DNA of 64,000 nucleotides from positions 3,296,971 to 3,360,970 of the forward strand of contig OZ253557.1 of the NCBI GenBank assembly GCA_965262755.1, read 5' to 3'. A program made the translations under genes and the position numbers. The DNA comes from Alphaproteobacteria bacterium (GTDB lineage Bacteria; Pseudomonadota; Alphaproteobacteria; UBA828). Positions 11,464-21,063 of the stretch are shown here, piece by piece (position 1 is the stretch's first letter; every line of letters begins with the position of its first letter). Under the pieces are notes generated by a model. The model saw nothing but the letters and a program-made list of their open reading frames with translations. It did no database searches and was not told where the DNA came from.

Positions 11464-11556
11464 GGACCGGGCCGTTAGGCCCGAACGGCGTGACTGCGCC
11501 GCGCGCCGAATGGCGCGTAGCCAAGCGAGCGGAGCGAGCGCCCGGCGCTTGAGGGA
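11464..11556 (+). repeat. structured GC-rich intergenic repeat, copy A
   Basis: Shares hairpins and the invariant tail GCGCGTAGCCAAGCGAGCGGAGCGAGCGCCCGGCG..TGAGGGA with the copies at 35864-35989 and 36379-36467. It fills the hyuB2/racemase gap. Confidence 0.8.
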
Positions 11557-11571
11557 TATGGAGGAGCACCG

Positions 11572-12330
11572 ATGAAGATCAAGGTGATCAACCCCAACAC
11601 CACCATGGAGATGACCGAGGGGATCGGTGAGGCCGCGCGCTCCGTCGCGCGGGCCGGCACCGAGATCGTGGCGGTGAACCCCGAATTCGGGCCGGCCTCG
11701 ATCGAGAGCTACTACGACGAGCAGGTCGCGGCCTGCGGTGTCCTCGACGAGGTGCGAAAGGGAGAGAGCGAAGGCGTCGACGCCTATGTCATTGCCTGCT
11801 ACGGCGATCCAGGGCTTCACGCCGCGCGCGAGATGACCGAGAAGCCGGTGGTCGGCATCGCCGAGGCCTCGTTCTACATAGCCTCCATGGTCGCTGCCCG
11901 CTTCTCCATCGTTTCGGTGATTCCCCGCGTTCGCACCCTGCTCGAAGAGATGGTACGCGGCTACGGCATGGCGGAGCGCGTCGTCGCAATGCGCACCACG
12001 CCGCTCTACGTGCTGGATATCGAGCGCGACCCGGAAGGCTCGATGGAGAAGCTCCGGGACGAGGTACGGCGCTCGGTGGCGGAGGACGACGCAGAGGCGG
12101 TCTGCCTCGGCTGTGCCGGCTTCGCGCGCTTCGCGGCCGAGCTCGAGGCCGAGCTCGGGGTGCCGGTCCTCGACGGTGTGGTCTGCGCCACCAAGCAGGC
12201 GGAGGTGCTGGTGGAGCTCGGCCTCAAGACCAGCAAGCGCAAGACCTACCGCCCGCCGGAGCGCAAGCACTTCACCGGCATGTTCAGCCACTTCGGAACC
12301 GCCGACGACGTCGCCGAAGCCGCGGAGTAG
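11572..12330 (+). CDS. Asp/Glu/hydantoin racemase family protein
   Basis: 252 aa. Starts MKIKVINPNTT and contains IACYGDPGL, both typical of hydantoin racemase-like proteins. Adjacent to hyuAB. Confidence 0.8.
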   Translation: MKIKVINPNTTMEMTEGIGEAARSVARAGTEIVAVNPEFGPASIESYYDEQVAACGVLDEVRKGESEGVDAYVIACYGDPGLHAAREMTEKPVVGIAEASFYIASMVAARFSIVSVIPRVRTLLEEMVRGYGMAERVVAMRTTPLYVLDIERDPEGSMEKLRDEVRRSVAEDDAEAVCLGCAGFARFAAELEAELGVPVLDGVVCATKQAEVLVELGLKTSKRKTYRPPERKHFTGMFSHFGTADDVAEAAE

Positions 12331-12493
12331 GGCGCGACGGCACTAACCGCCGCGCCCGGCTGCCCGGCCGCCCGAACGTTCCACTGCCGGCACACCCACT
12401 GGCACCGGTTCGCGCCTGCCACGCAGTAGGCGGCGCCTTGCTTCTCGCGTGGGATGAGCGAAAAAAGCTTTTAATGCCCTGGATCAGGGGTAT

Positions 12494-12527
12494 TATCGAT
12501 ATAATATCTCGATATGTTCGAGAATAT
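12494..12527. promoter_or_regulatory. AT-rich palindromes upstream of the PIN-module operon (candidate operator)
   Basis: TATCGATA palindrome at 12494-12501 and TCTCGA-N5-TCGAGA at 12507-12523. They lie 25-60 nt upstream of the ATG at 12553, and an AAGGAG RBS sits at 12541. Confidence 0.35.
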
Positions 12528-12552
12528 CATTTAACTATGGAAGGAGAATACA

Positions 12553-13203
12553 ATGCAGATACAGGATGTTACAGTCGATCTTGAGCAGAGCCTCGCCAAC
12601 CTGACGGCGTCGGCCCTGCCGCCGGCGCTGCAGGGACTGCGGCACCTGCCCATGGGGGACTACGAGCCCCGGGTCAGTATTCGTCCCCGGGGTGGGGGCA
12701 GGAAGGTCCGCAGGGACGCGGACGCCAGCTACTTCGACCCCGAAAGTTGCGAGGTGGTGATCGAGTTCGATCGGTACGACGATGCCGATGTCAAGGTTAG
12801 CACCCAGGACGCGGACATGCCGGATTCCGCCGCCGGCGACGCCGCGTTCGATCGCGAGGCGGCCATGGACCAGCTCCTTGAGGCGCTCGCGGCGGTCGAG
12901 AGCGCACGGGAGTTCGTGGGCCTGAAGTGGTTCCGCGACAGATGTCTGCCAACGGGCGACCTCGACTGGGCCCGCGATTCGAGGATCAGCGGTTCCCTGC
13001 TGCGCCGCGCTACCGAGCAGCGCCTAATCCTGACCAGCCAGGTCCCCAACCCGAACAACCCGCTCCACCCGGTCACCGCGATACGGGTCAATCGGCGTCA
13101 TCCGCGGTTCGGGACAGAGTCGCCGCCTCGCCGTACGGCGTTCGAGCGGGTGCGCATACGGGGAGGTGCGATCACAGACACCGTTCTCGGCGACAGACGC
13201 TGA
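12553..13203 (+). CDS. hypothetical protein, putative (atypically large) partner/antitoxin of the downstream PIN protein
   Basis: 216 aa with a strong RBS. It stops 10 nt before the PIN gene. It uses more A/T-ending codons than its neighbours. No domain recognised. Confidence 0.5.
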   Translation: MQIQDVTVDLEQSLANLTASALPPALQGLRHLPMGDYEPRVSIRPRGGGRKVRRDADASYFDPESCEVVIEFDRYDDADVKVSTQDADMPDSAAGDAAFDREAAMDQLLEALAAVESAREFVGLKWFRDRCLPTGDLDWARDSRISGSLLRRATEQRLILTSQVPNPNNPLHPVTAIRVNRRHPRFGTESPPRRTAFERVRIRGGAITDTVLGDRR

Positions 13204-13212
13204 AGGGGTCCA

Positions 13213-13662
13213 ATGTCAAGCGTCTATCTCGACACGAGTGCTCTGCTCAAGTTCTACATCGAGGAAGACGGGACGGATCGGGTGACGCACGTCGTGGAAG
13301 ACGCCGAGGACGGCCATGCGTTCATTCTCGACCTCACTCCGGTTGAAGCCCGATCGGCAATCCGCCGGCGCGAGCGAGAGGGCGACATCGTAGCGGCGGA
13401 CGCGGATCGGGTCTTGCGGCAGATCGAAGACGACGCCTCGTCGCTTTTTCTGGTGCAGCCCTCGACCTCGGCGGTGATGGAGGAGGCCGCACGTTTGATC
13501 GACCGGCACCCGCTCAGGGCCTACGACGCGCTTCAACTCGCGGGCTGTCTCGTGGTTCGCCACGGCATGCCGGAGCCGGTGACGTTTGTGTGTGCGGACA
13601 CGCGCCTCTGCGAAGCGGCGGGCCAGGAAGGACTGGAGGCGCTGAACCCTATAGTGCCTTGA
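13213..13662 (+). CDS. PIN-domain ribonuclease (VapC-like toxin)
   Basis: 149 aa. It has the N-terminal VYLDTSALLK acidic residue and later the YDALQLA and CADTRL acidic residues (PIN D-E-D-D pattern). Confidence 0.8.
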   Translation: MSSVYLDTSALLKFYIEEDGTDRVTHVVEDAEDGHAFILDLTPVEARSAIRRREREGDIVAADADRVLRQIEDDASSLFLVQPSTSAVMEEAARLIDRHPLRAYDALQLAGCLVVRHGMPEPVTFVCADTRLCEAAGQEGLEALNPIVP

Positions 13663-13904
13663 GCCCGCCACCGCCGGGCCGCATTGATCGCCCGCATCTG
13701 CTCCTCCGCTCGGTTGCCGGATTGGCGGCGGAAGAGTGGTCGTGACAGGCGGCCGACCGACGGGGCCGCCGATGCCTGGGCACTATCCCGGCGCAGTCGA
13801 GCAACCCACCGGTTGCCGGAAAGGCGTACAATTCGACCCTTGATTGTTATTATACTAGTTCTAAATTGCGACTCAGGACATATTCCGAATCAGGAGCAAG
13901 TGCT

Positions 13905-14456
13905 ATGCGTGTACCCGAGGTGACATTCAAGACCCGCGTCCGTGACGAGAGCGTCGAGGGGCCCAACCCCTTCCGCTGGCAGGACCGGACCAGCGATGAG
14001 ATCTTCGCCGGCCGCAGGGTGGTGCTCTTCGCGTTGCCGGGCGCCTTCACGCCGACCTGCAGCTCGACCCATCTGCCGGGCTACGAAGCGCTGCACGATT
14101 GCTTCATGGACGCCGGCATCGACGAGGTCGTCTGCCTCTCCGTCAATGACGCGTTCGTCATGTACCAGTGGGGGAAATATCAGGGGGTGAAGCACGTTAC
14201 TTTGCTGCCGGACGGCTGCGGCACCTTCAGCCGCCGCATGGGCATGCTGGTGGACAAGGACAATCTCGGCTTCGGCCTGCGCAGCTGGCGTTACTCGATG
14301 GTGGTCGAGGACGGCGAGATTACGAAGGTGTTCGTGGAGCCGGGGCTTTGCGACAACGCGCCGGGCGATCCGTTCGAGGTCTCCGACGCCGAGACCATGC
14401 TCGCCCACATCGAGTCGCTCAAGCCGGCACAAGGCCGCCTGAGCGTCGTCGCCTGA
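13905..14456 (+). CDS. peroxiredoxin (Prx5-like, glutathione/thioredoxin-dependent type)
   Basis: Internal ATG with an AGGAGC RBS. Contains the LPGAFTPTCS peroxidatic-Cys motif. Confidence 0.85.
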   Translation: MRVPEVTFKTRVRDESVEGPNPFRWQDRTSDEIFAGRRVVLFALPGAFTPTCSSTHLPGYEALHDCFMDAGIDEVVCLSVNDAFVMYQWGKYQGVKHVTLLPDGCGTFSRRMGMLVDKDNLGFGLRSWRYSMVVEDGEITKVFVEPGLCDNAPGDPFEVSDAETMLAHIESLKPAQGRLSVVA

Positions 14457-14487
14457 TGCCGGCCCCTCACGGCGCCGGGGCAGGTGT

Positions 14488-15447
14488 CTAACTGGCCCGC
14501 GGATGCGCCGCCGTGTAGGCGGCGAGAAGCCCGGCTTCGTCGACCTCCGTGTAGCGTTGCGTGGTCGAAAGGCTGGCGTGCCCGAGGAGCTCCTGGATCG
14601 TGCGCAGATCGCCGCCGCCTGCGAGCAGATGGGTGGCGAAGCTGTGGCGGAGCGCGTGCGGGGTTGCAGAAGCCGGCAGGCCGAGCGCGCCGCGCAGCCG
14701 CGCCATCGTCTGCTGAACGAGGCGGGGCTGAAGCCGCTTGCCGCGCATGCCGACGAAGAGGGGATCGCCCGGCTCCAGCCGGTGCGGGCAGGCGGCGAGA
14801 TAGTCGGCGATCGCTTCGGCCACGACGGGTAGCACCGGCACCACCCGCTGCTTGTTGCCCTTGCCCGTGATCATCAGGCTGTGGAGTTTGGCATCGGCGG
14901 CCGGCGCGTCAGCGCGATCGAGGGCCAACGCCTCGCCGATGCGGAGCCCGCAGCCGTAGAGCAGCAGCAGCACCCCGGTATCCCGGCGGGCGATCCAGTC
15001 GGGCGGCCCGGCGCTTAGCGCGTTCGGATCGACGACAGCCTTGGCCTGGCCTTCGGTGAGCGGCCGGGGCACGCCACGCGGCGTGCGCGGCGCGCGCACC
15101 AGTGAGAGCGCCGAGGAGACGGGAACATCCTCGCGCTCGAGATGGCGGAAGAAGACGCGGACCGCCGAGAGCGCCCGGGCGGTCGAGGTCCGTGCGCGGC
15201 CTTCCGCCGCCCGCCGCGCGAGCCAGGCCCGCAGGTCGCGCACGCTGAGCGCAGCGAGAGCCGCGAGATCGGGCGCTCCACCCCGATGCTCAGCGAGGAA
15301 GCGCAGAAACTCGTCGAGGTCCCGCCGGTAGGCGGCGATGGTGTGGTCGGAGCGTCGCCGCTCATTGGCGAGGCGGCCGAGCCAGGTGTCGACCGCCAAA
15401 GCGAGGTCGGCGGCGGCCGGCATCGGCCCGCTCGCCGGCCTAGTCAT
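14488..15447 (-). CDS. tyrosine site-specific recombinase, XerC/XerD family
   Basis: 319 aa. Contains [12 protein letters not shown] and [16 protein letters not shown] (catalytic R-H-R-Y region). Confidence 0.85.
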   Translation of the reverse strand: MTRPASGPMPAAADLALAVDTWLGRLANERRRSDHTIAAYRRDLDEFLRFLAEHRGGAPDLAALAALSVRDLRAWLARRAAEGRARTSTARALSAVRVFFRHLEREDVPVSSALSLVRAPRTPRGVPRPLTEGQAKAVVDPNALSAGPPDWIARRDTGVLLLLYGCGLRIGEALALDRADAPAADAKLHSLMITGKGNKQRVVPVLPVVAEAIADYLAACPHRLEPGDPLFVGMRGKRLQPRLVQQTMARLRGALGLPASATPHALRHSFATHLLAGGGDLRTIQELLGHASLSTTQRYTEVDEAGLLAAYTAAHPRAS

Positions 15448-16106
15448 GAGAGGATCGACTGGCCCGTCTTCTGCCAGTCGGCGAGGAAGGCGTCGAGCCC
15501 CTTGTCGGTGAGCGGGTGGCTCGCGAGCTTCCTCAGTACGCCCGGCGGCACCGTCGCCACATCGGCGCCGAGCTTCGCGGCCTCCACGACGTGGAGCGGG
15601 TGGCGGATCGAGGCGACCAGGATCTCGGTCGCGATGGTATCGGGGTAAGCGCGGTAGATCGTCGCGATCTCGCGGATCAGGCCCATCCCATCCTGGCTGA
15701 TATCGTCGAGCCGGCCGACGAAGGGCGAGATGAAGGCAGCACCCGCCTTCGCCGCCAGCAACGCCTGGGAGGGTGAGAAGCAGAGGGTGACATTCACCTT
15801 GGTGCCGCCCTGGCTGAGCGCCCGACAGGCCTTCAGGCCGTCCCAGGTGAGCGGCACCTTGACTGCGACATTGGGCGCGATGGCAGCGAGCGCACGGCCT
15901 TCGGAGAGCATGGTTTCGACATCGGTCGCCGTGACCTCGGCGCTTACGGGGCCCGGCACGATGTCGCAGATGTTCCGGATCACGTCGAAGAAGTCGCCGC
16001 CCGACTTGGCGATGAGCGAGGGATTGGTGGTCACACCGTCGAGCAGGCCGGTCGCCGCCAGATCTTCGATTTCGGCAATGTCCGCCGTATCTACGAAAAA
16101 CTTCAT
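15444..16106 (-). CDS. tal: transaldolase / fructose-6-phosphate aldolase (short Tal type)
   Basis: Starts [13 protein letters not shown] and contains TTNPSL and FISPFVGR. The in-frame ATG is at 16106 inside ORF 15444..16355. Confidence 0.85.
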   Translation of the reverse strand: MKFFVDTADIAEIEDLAATGLLDGVTTNPSLIAKSGGDFFDVIRNICDIVPGPVSAEVTATDVETMLSEGRALAAIAPNVAVKVPLTWDGLKACRALSQGGTKVNVTLCFSPSQALLAAKAGAAFISPFVGRLDDISQDGMGLIREIATIYRAYPDTIATEILVASIRHPLHVVEAAKLGADVATVPPGVLRKLASHPLTDKGLDAFLADWQKTGQSILS

Positions 16107-16261
16107 GCCGCCGCTCCGTCCGAGATCCTTCGTCCTGCGCCGGCCTTTCGAGTCATCGGGCTGGACGCCGTCGCGGGAGTGTTGCAGGACGAGAGCATGA
16201 CCGCAGCATCCACGACTCGAATCGGCTCCGGGCCGGCGAGTAACGCGGGCGGCCTCATAGC

Positions 16262-18541
16262 ATGTCCCGCACGCCGTTACCATTCCGGCGCTGGGGATCA
16301 GGTGCCGTGAGCCGATCGAGCGACCGGGAAGGGGGGAGCGCAAGCGCGCGCCCATCTAAGCTTCCACCCGCCACCGTCGCCGTCCTGCTGCCGCTGCCGC
16401 TCGACCGCGCTTATGACTACGCCGTGCCGAACGAGCTTGCGGCCGACATTGCGCCCGGCTCTTTCGTGCGCGTGCCGCTCGGCAGGGTGGAGCGCATCGG
16501 CGTGATCTGGGGCGAGGGCGAAGGAGAGGTGGAGCCGGCGCGTCTCAAGCCGGTGACGGCAGTGCTGGAGTCGCCGCCGATGACCGAGCCGCTCCGCCGC
16601 CTGATCGATTGGGCGGCCGACTACACGCTTGCACAGCGCGGCGCCGTTCTGCGTATGGCGATGAGCGTGCCTGCCGCCGTGGAGCCGCCGCCGATGCGGA
16701 CCGCGTACCGGCGCGGGCAGGACGAGGCACCGCGAATGACGGAAGCCCGAAGTCGCGTGCTCGCGCTTTTGCAGGACGGGCCGCCGCGCACTGCCGCCGA
16801 GATCGCGCGCAAAGCCAATGTGGGAACCGCCGTGGTGCGTGGCCTGGCTGCCCTCGGCACGGTCGAGGCGGTCTCGGTGCGCGAGGTCTCTGCCTTTGGC
16901 CGCCCCGATACGCGTCGTGCCGGCCCGATCTTGTCCGATGCGCAAGCAGACGCCGCTAACGCGCTGCGAGAGGCAGTCGCCGCCGGGGAATTCTCGGTCA
17001 CCGTTCTCGACGGCGTAACCGGTGCCGGCAAGACCGAGGTCTATTTCGAGGCCGTCGCCGCGGCGCTCGATGCAGGCCATCAGGTGGTGGTGATGCTGCC
17101 CGAGATCGCGCTCAGCGCTCAGTGGCTGGGGCGCTTTCGCGCACGCTTCGGTGTGGAGCCCGCGGTCTGGCATTCCGAGCTTGGCACGCGCCAGCGCCGC
17201 GAGACCTGGCGCGCCGTCGCCGAGGGTCGGGCAGAGGTCGTGGTCGGCGCCCGGTCCGCGCTGTGGCTGCCCTTCCCATCGCTCGGTTTGATCGTCGTCG
17301 ATGAGGAGCACGACGCCGCTTTCAAGCAGGAGGATGGTGTCGTTTATCACGCCCGCGACATGGCGGTCGTCCGCGCGCGCCTGGAGGGGCGCCCTGCCGT
17401 TCTGGTTTCGGCCACGCCATCCCTGGAGACCGTGGTCAATATCGAGAATGGCCGCTATGGCCGCGTGCAGTTGCCTGATCGCCACGGCGGTGCACGGCTG
17501 CCCGCCATCGAAACGGTCGACCTGCGCGAGACGCCGCCGGAACGGGGCGCATGGCTCGCCCCGGCTCTGCGCGTGGCGCTCGCCGAGACCCTGGAGGCCG
17601 GCGAGCAGGCGCTGCTCTTCCTCAACCGCAGGGGTTACGCGCCACTCACGCTCTGCCGGGCGTGCGGTCATCGCTTCCATTGCCCGAACTGCAGCGCCTG
17701 GTTGGTGGAGCATCGCTTCGCCGGCACGCTCGACTGCCATCATTGCGGCTACCGGCGGGGTCTGCCCGAGGCCTGCCCGGCCTGCGAGGCGGAGGACCGC
17801 TTCGCTGCCTGCGGTCCGGGAGTCGAGCGGCTCGCCGAAGAGGTGGACGGTGCCTTTCCTGGCGCCCGCTGGGCGGTGCTCACCAGCGATACGGTGCGCG
17901 GACCCAGCCAGGTGCAGGACCTGGTCGATGCCATCGCGGCACACGAGGTCGACGTACTCATCGGCACGCAAATGGTGGCCAAGGGGCATCACTTCCCGCA
18001 GCTCACACTTGTGGGCGTGGTGGATGCCGATCTGGGACTCGCGGGCGGCGACATGCGCGCGGCCGAGCGCACCTATCAGCTGCTTCATCAGGTGGGCGGC
18101 CGTGCCGGGCGCGGCGAGCTCCCCGGCCGGGTCATGCTTCAGACCTATGCCGCCGAGCACCCGGTCATGACAGCGCTCGCTGCCGGCGACCGCGATTCCT
18201 TCATGGCGCGCGAGGCGGCAGCGCGCGAGACCCACGGCCTGCCGCCCTTCGGCCGCCTTGTGGCGGTTATCGCGTCCGGCCCGAACGAGGCCGAGACGCT
18301 GCGCGCCGCATCCGCTCTCGCCCGCACCGCGCGTATCGAGGAGAAGAGCCTCGGCTTCCAGGTGTTGGGGCCTGCGCCTGCACCGCTCAAGCTGCTGCGC
18401 GGGCGCCATCGCTTCCGTCTCCTCTTCAAGGCCCCGCGCGGCGTGCTGCTCCAGCCTCATCTGAGGCGATGGCTGGAGTCTCTCGACCGGCGCACCCGTG
18501 CTCACCTCCAAGTGGATATCGACCCCCACAGCTTCATGTGA
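16262..18541 (+). CDS. priA: primosomal replication restart helicase PriA
   Basis: Contains Walker [17 protein letters not shown], and the Cys-rich zinc region [17 protein letters not shown]...CHHCGY. The exact start is uncertain. Confidence 0.85.
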   Translation: MSRTPLPFRRWGSGAVSRSSDREGGSASARPSKLPPATVAVLLPLPLDRAYDYAVPNELAADIAPGSFVRVPLGRVERIGVIWGEGEGEVEPARLKPVTAVLESPPMTEPLRRLIDWAADYTLAQRGAVLRMAMSVPAAVEPPPMRTAYRRGQDEAPRMTEARSRVLALLQDGPPRTAAEIARKANVGTAVVRGLAALGTVEAVSVREVSAFGRPDTRRAGPILSDAQADAANALREAVAAGEFSVTVLDGVTGAGKTEVYFEAVAAALDAGHQVVVMLPEIALSAQWLGRFRARFGVEPAVWHSELGTRQRRETWRAVAEGRAEVVVGARSALWLPFPSLGLIVVDEEHDAAFKQEDGVVYHARDMAVVRARLEGRPAVLVSATPSLETVVNIENGRYGRVQLPDRHGGARLPAIETVDLRETPPERGAWLAPALRVALAETLEAGEQALLFLNRRGYAPLTLCRACGHRFHCPNCSAWLVEHRFAGTLDCHHCGYRRGLPEACPACEAEDRFAACGPGVERLAEEVDGAFPGARWAVLTSDTVRGPSQVQDLVDAIAAHEVDVLIGTQMVAKGHHFPQLTLVGVVDADLGLAGGDMRAAERTYQLLHQVGGRAGRGELPGRVMLQTYAAEHPVMTALAAGDRDSFMAREAAARETHGLPPFGRLVAVIASGPNEAETLRAASALARTARIEEKSLGFQVLGPAPAPLKLLRGRHRFRLLFKAPRGVLLQPHLRRWLESLDRRTRAHLQVDIDPHSFM

Positions 18542-18632
18542 TCATCGCTCGCCGTGACTCGTTCCCGCGCCTTTGCTAGGGTCGCCCAGGCTTTACCGCC
18601 GATGCGGTCGATGGGAACGCAGGGGGGACGCC

Positions 18633-19463
18633 ATGATCATCCAGAGCCAGGCTGAAGAGCGGAAGGACGGTGCCCGTTTCGCCATCACCCTCGACGAGCA
18701 TCTCCAATTGGCGAGCCAGTTCGCCGAGAATTTCGGCAACGACACCTTCGCTCGGCCTGAGCCGCGCGACTACTTCCTCTATGCCTGCCGGTGGCACGAC
18801 AAGGGCTGGAAGGACCTGGACGACAACCCGCCGCTCGACCCCGAGACCGGGCTGCCTTACAACCTGGTGGAGACGCCGATCCCCATCATCACGCTGACCG
18901 GCTGCCGCTCGCCCGAGTACAATGAGGCGCACCACGCCTACTGCGGGCTCCTCGACAGCATGCACATCTGGGGCCTCTACAACGGACGCTACGGGCTCTC
19001 GGACAAGGTGCTGATCGACATCGTGCCGGAGCAGCACCGCCTCGCAGCCGACACCATGCTGAGCACCGAGCGCCAGCGCCAAGAGCGTCTCACCGCCGTG
19101 CTGCAGGACGATCCCGATACCGCACCCTGGGTTGAGGAAGAGCGGCTCTTCGCCAACTACAAGGCGCTGCAGTTCTTTGATACCTTCGCGCTCTACTTCA
19201 ACTGCGTGCATTCGGAGGGGCGCGGCGAGAGCACCTTTGCCAACGTGCCGCGCGGGGTCGATGACGATGTCAGTGTCGAGGTCCGCGCGCTGGGCGACGG
19301 GGTCTACAGCCTCGACCCCTATCCTTTCCGCGACGATGGCCTCGAGGTGTCGTTCACCGGCCGCCATCTCACCCCCTTTGGCGCCGACGACGAGCCCGAC
19401 ATGGCTGCGGTGATGCGGGAGACCCCGCGCGAGCGCCAGAGCGCCCGGCTGATTGCAGCCTGA
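18633..19463 (+). CDS. DUF3891-like conserved hypothetical protein
   Basis: Starts MIIQSQ... and contains the WHDKGW motif. The assignment is from memory of the family pattern only. Confidence 0.45.
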   Translation: MIIQSQAEERKDGARFAITLDEHLQLASQFAENFGNDTFARPEPRDYFLYACRWHDKGWKDLDDNPPLDPETGLPYNLVETPIPIITLTGCRSPEYNEAHHAYCGLLDSMHIWGLYNGRYGLSDKVLIDIVPEQHRLAADTMLSTERQRQERLTAVLQDDPDTAPWVEEERLFANYKALQFFDTFALYFNCVHSEGRGESTFANVPRGVDDDVSVEVRALGDGVYSLDPYPFRDDGLEVSFTGRHLTPFGADDEPDMAAVMRETPRERQSARLIAA

Positions 19464-19475
19464 GCGCCGCGCCGC

Positions 19476-20009
19476 TTGTGTCCGAGGCCCTGGACTGTGC
19501 CTGCCGCCGCGCGATCGAGTCCCGTCGAGGTGCTTGGACTGGACCATGTCGTGCTCCGGGTCGCGGACATCGAGGCGTCGATCGACTGGTACAAGCGGGT
19601 GTTAGGCTGCACCGTCGAGCGGCGCATCGAGAGCTTCGGGCTTTACCAACTGCGCGCCGGCACGAACCTGATCGATCTCGTTCCCGTCGCGAGCAAGGCC
19701 GGCAAGCCGGGCGGCGCGGCCCCGGGCAAGACGCGGCGCAACATGGAGCACTTCGCGCTGAGGCTCGCCGCCTTCGACGAGAAGAAGCTCCGCCGCTACT
19801 TCAAGCGGCGCGGCGTGGAGACTGGCGAGACGGCACGGCGCTACGGCGCCGACGGCCACGGCCCCTCGCTCTACCTCACCGACCCGGACGGCAATACGGT
19901 CGAGCTCAAGGGGCCGCCCGATGCGGACCAGAGCGAGAGGGTCGCGGAAGCCGAGTACCCGGCCCGTTCGCGGGCAGGGGCCGCAGTCGAACGGAGCAAA
20001 CAGGCATGA
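19476..20009 (+). CDS. VOC/glyoxalase-bleomycin resistance family protein
   Basis: Contains LDHVVLRVADIEASIDWY and YLTDPDGNTVEL (paired beta-alpha-beta-beta-beta signature). The start is uncertain. Confidence 0.7.
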   Translation: MCPRPWTVPAAARSSPVEVLGLDHVVLRVADIEASIDWYKRVLGCTVERRIESFGLYQLRAGTNLIDLVPVASKAGKPGGAAPGKTRRNMEHFALRLAAFDEKKLRRYFKRRGVETGETARRYGADGHGPSLYLTDPDGNTVELKGPPDADQSERVAEAEYPARSRAGAAVERSKQA

Positions 20010-21052
20010 AGGCGGTCGTCATCCACCGTCACGGCGGGCCGGAAGAACTCGTCTACGAAGACATCGAGACACCGGCGGTCGGGCCTGAGGACGTCCTCAT
20101 CAACCTGGAGACGGTAGGTCTCAATCACTTCGACCTCGACGTGTGCGACGGCATCTCGGGATATCTCAGCCTGGACATGCCTCACATCCTCGGTGTCGAG
20201 GGCGCGGGCACTGTCGCCGAGGTGGGTTCCGCGGTGACTGCCTTTCGCCCCGGCGACCGGGTCATGCCCTTCCTCACCTTCACGTCCGGCCTCTGCCGGC
20301 ACAAGGTGTGCAACTGCGCGCTCGGCATGGACAACATCTGCCTCGACTTCGAGAAGCTGGGCGTGACCTGTTGGGGCACCTACGCGGAATATGTAAATGT
20401 CTCCCACCACAATGTGATTCGTATTCCCGACGGCGTCTCGGCGCTGGATGCGGCGGCAGGGCAGGTCGCCTTCGCCACCGCCTGGGAGCTTGTGGTGAAG
20501 AAGGCGCAGGTGCGCCAGGGCGAGGACGTGCTCATAAACGCCGCCGGCAGCGGCGTCGGCTCGGCCGCGATCCAGTGTGCCCGCGTTGCAGGGGCGCGGG
20601 TGATCGCCACCGCCGGCTCCGACGACAAGCTCGCGCGTGCGCGCCAGCTGGGCGCCGACGAGGTGATCAACTACAACGAGACCCCGGCGATCGGCGAGGC
20701 CGTGCGCGGCCTCACCGATGGCCGCGGCGTCGATGTCTGCATCGAGATGGTGGGCGGGTCGGTGCTGCAGCAGAGCCTCGACGCGCTCGCGCTCAACGGG
20801 CGGCTGGCCACCTGCGGCGCGCATGCGGGCGAGAAGGTCGAGATCGATATGATCGAGTTCTTCCGCAAGCAGATCACCATGACGAGCTGCCATTTCGCGC
20901 CGAAGTCCACCAACAGCGAGGTCCTGCGCCTGATGGAGCAGGGCAAGCTCAGGCCGGTGATCGGCGAGGTCCTGCCGTTGGCGGAAATGCGCACGGCGCA
21001 CGAGCGTCTCGCAGCGCGCGCCGTCTTCGGCAAGGTTGTGCTTGAAGTGTAA
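20006..21052 (+). CDS. zinc-type alcohol dehydrogenase / quinone oxidoreductase (MDR superfamily)
   Basis: Its ATG overlaps the upstream stop (ATGA). Contains GVEGAGTV and an NAAGSGVGSAAIQ Rossmann motif. Confidence 0.8.
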   Translation: MKAVVIHRHGGPEELVYEDIETPAVGPEDVLINLETVGLNHFDLDVCDGISGYLSLDMPHILGVEGAGTVAEVGSAVTAFRPGDRVMPFLTFTSGLCRHKVCNCALGMDNICLDFEKLGVTCWGTYAEYVNVSHHNVIRIPDGVSALDAAAGQVAFATAWELVVKKAQVRQGEDVLINAAGSGVGSAAIQCARVAGARVIATAGSDDKLARARQLGADEVINYNETPAIGEAVRGLTDGRGVDVCIEMVGGSVLQQSLDALALNGRLATCGAHAGEKVEIDMIEFFRKQITMTSCHFAPKSTNSEVLRLMEQGKLRPVIGEVLPLAEMRTAHERLAARAVFGKVVLEV

Positions 21053-21063
21053 CGGAGCAGGGT

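Noticed and set aside
14488-15447. The XerC/D-type recombinase as the prophage integrase.
   Set aside because: It lies 14 kb from the prophage edge, separated by tal, priA and many metabolic genes. It has the typical chromosomal Xer length and motifs.
16298-18529. 743-aa minus-strand ORF opposite priA. Likewise 22605..24674 (opposite pcm/rhodanese/TolC), 52081..53397 (opposite ctpA), 61989..63353 (opposite the aminotransferase) and 19871..21001.
   Set aside because: They are shadow ORFs with low-complexity Arg/Gly/Ala-rich products. The sense-strand genes are unambiguous.
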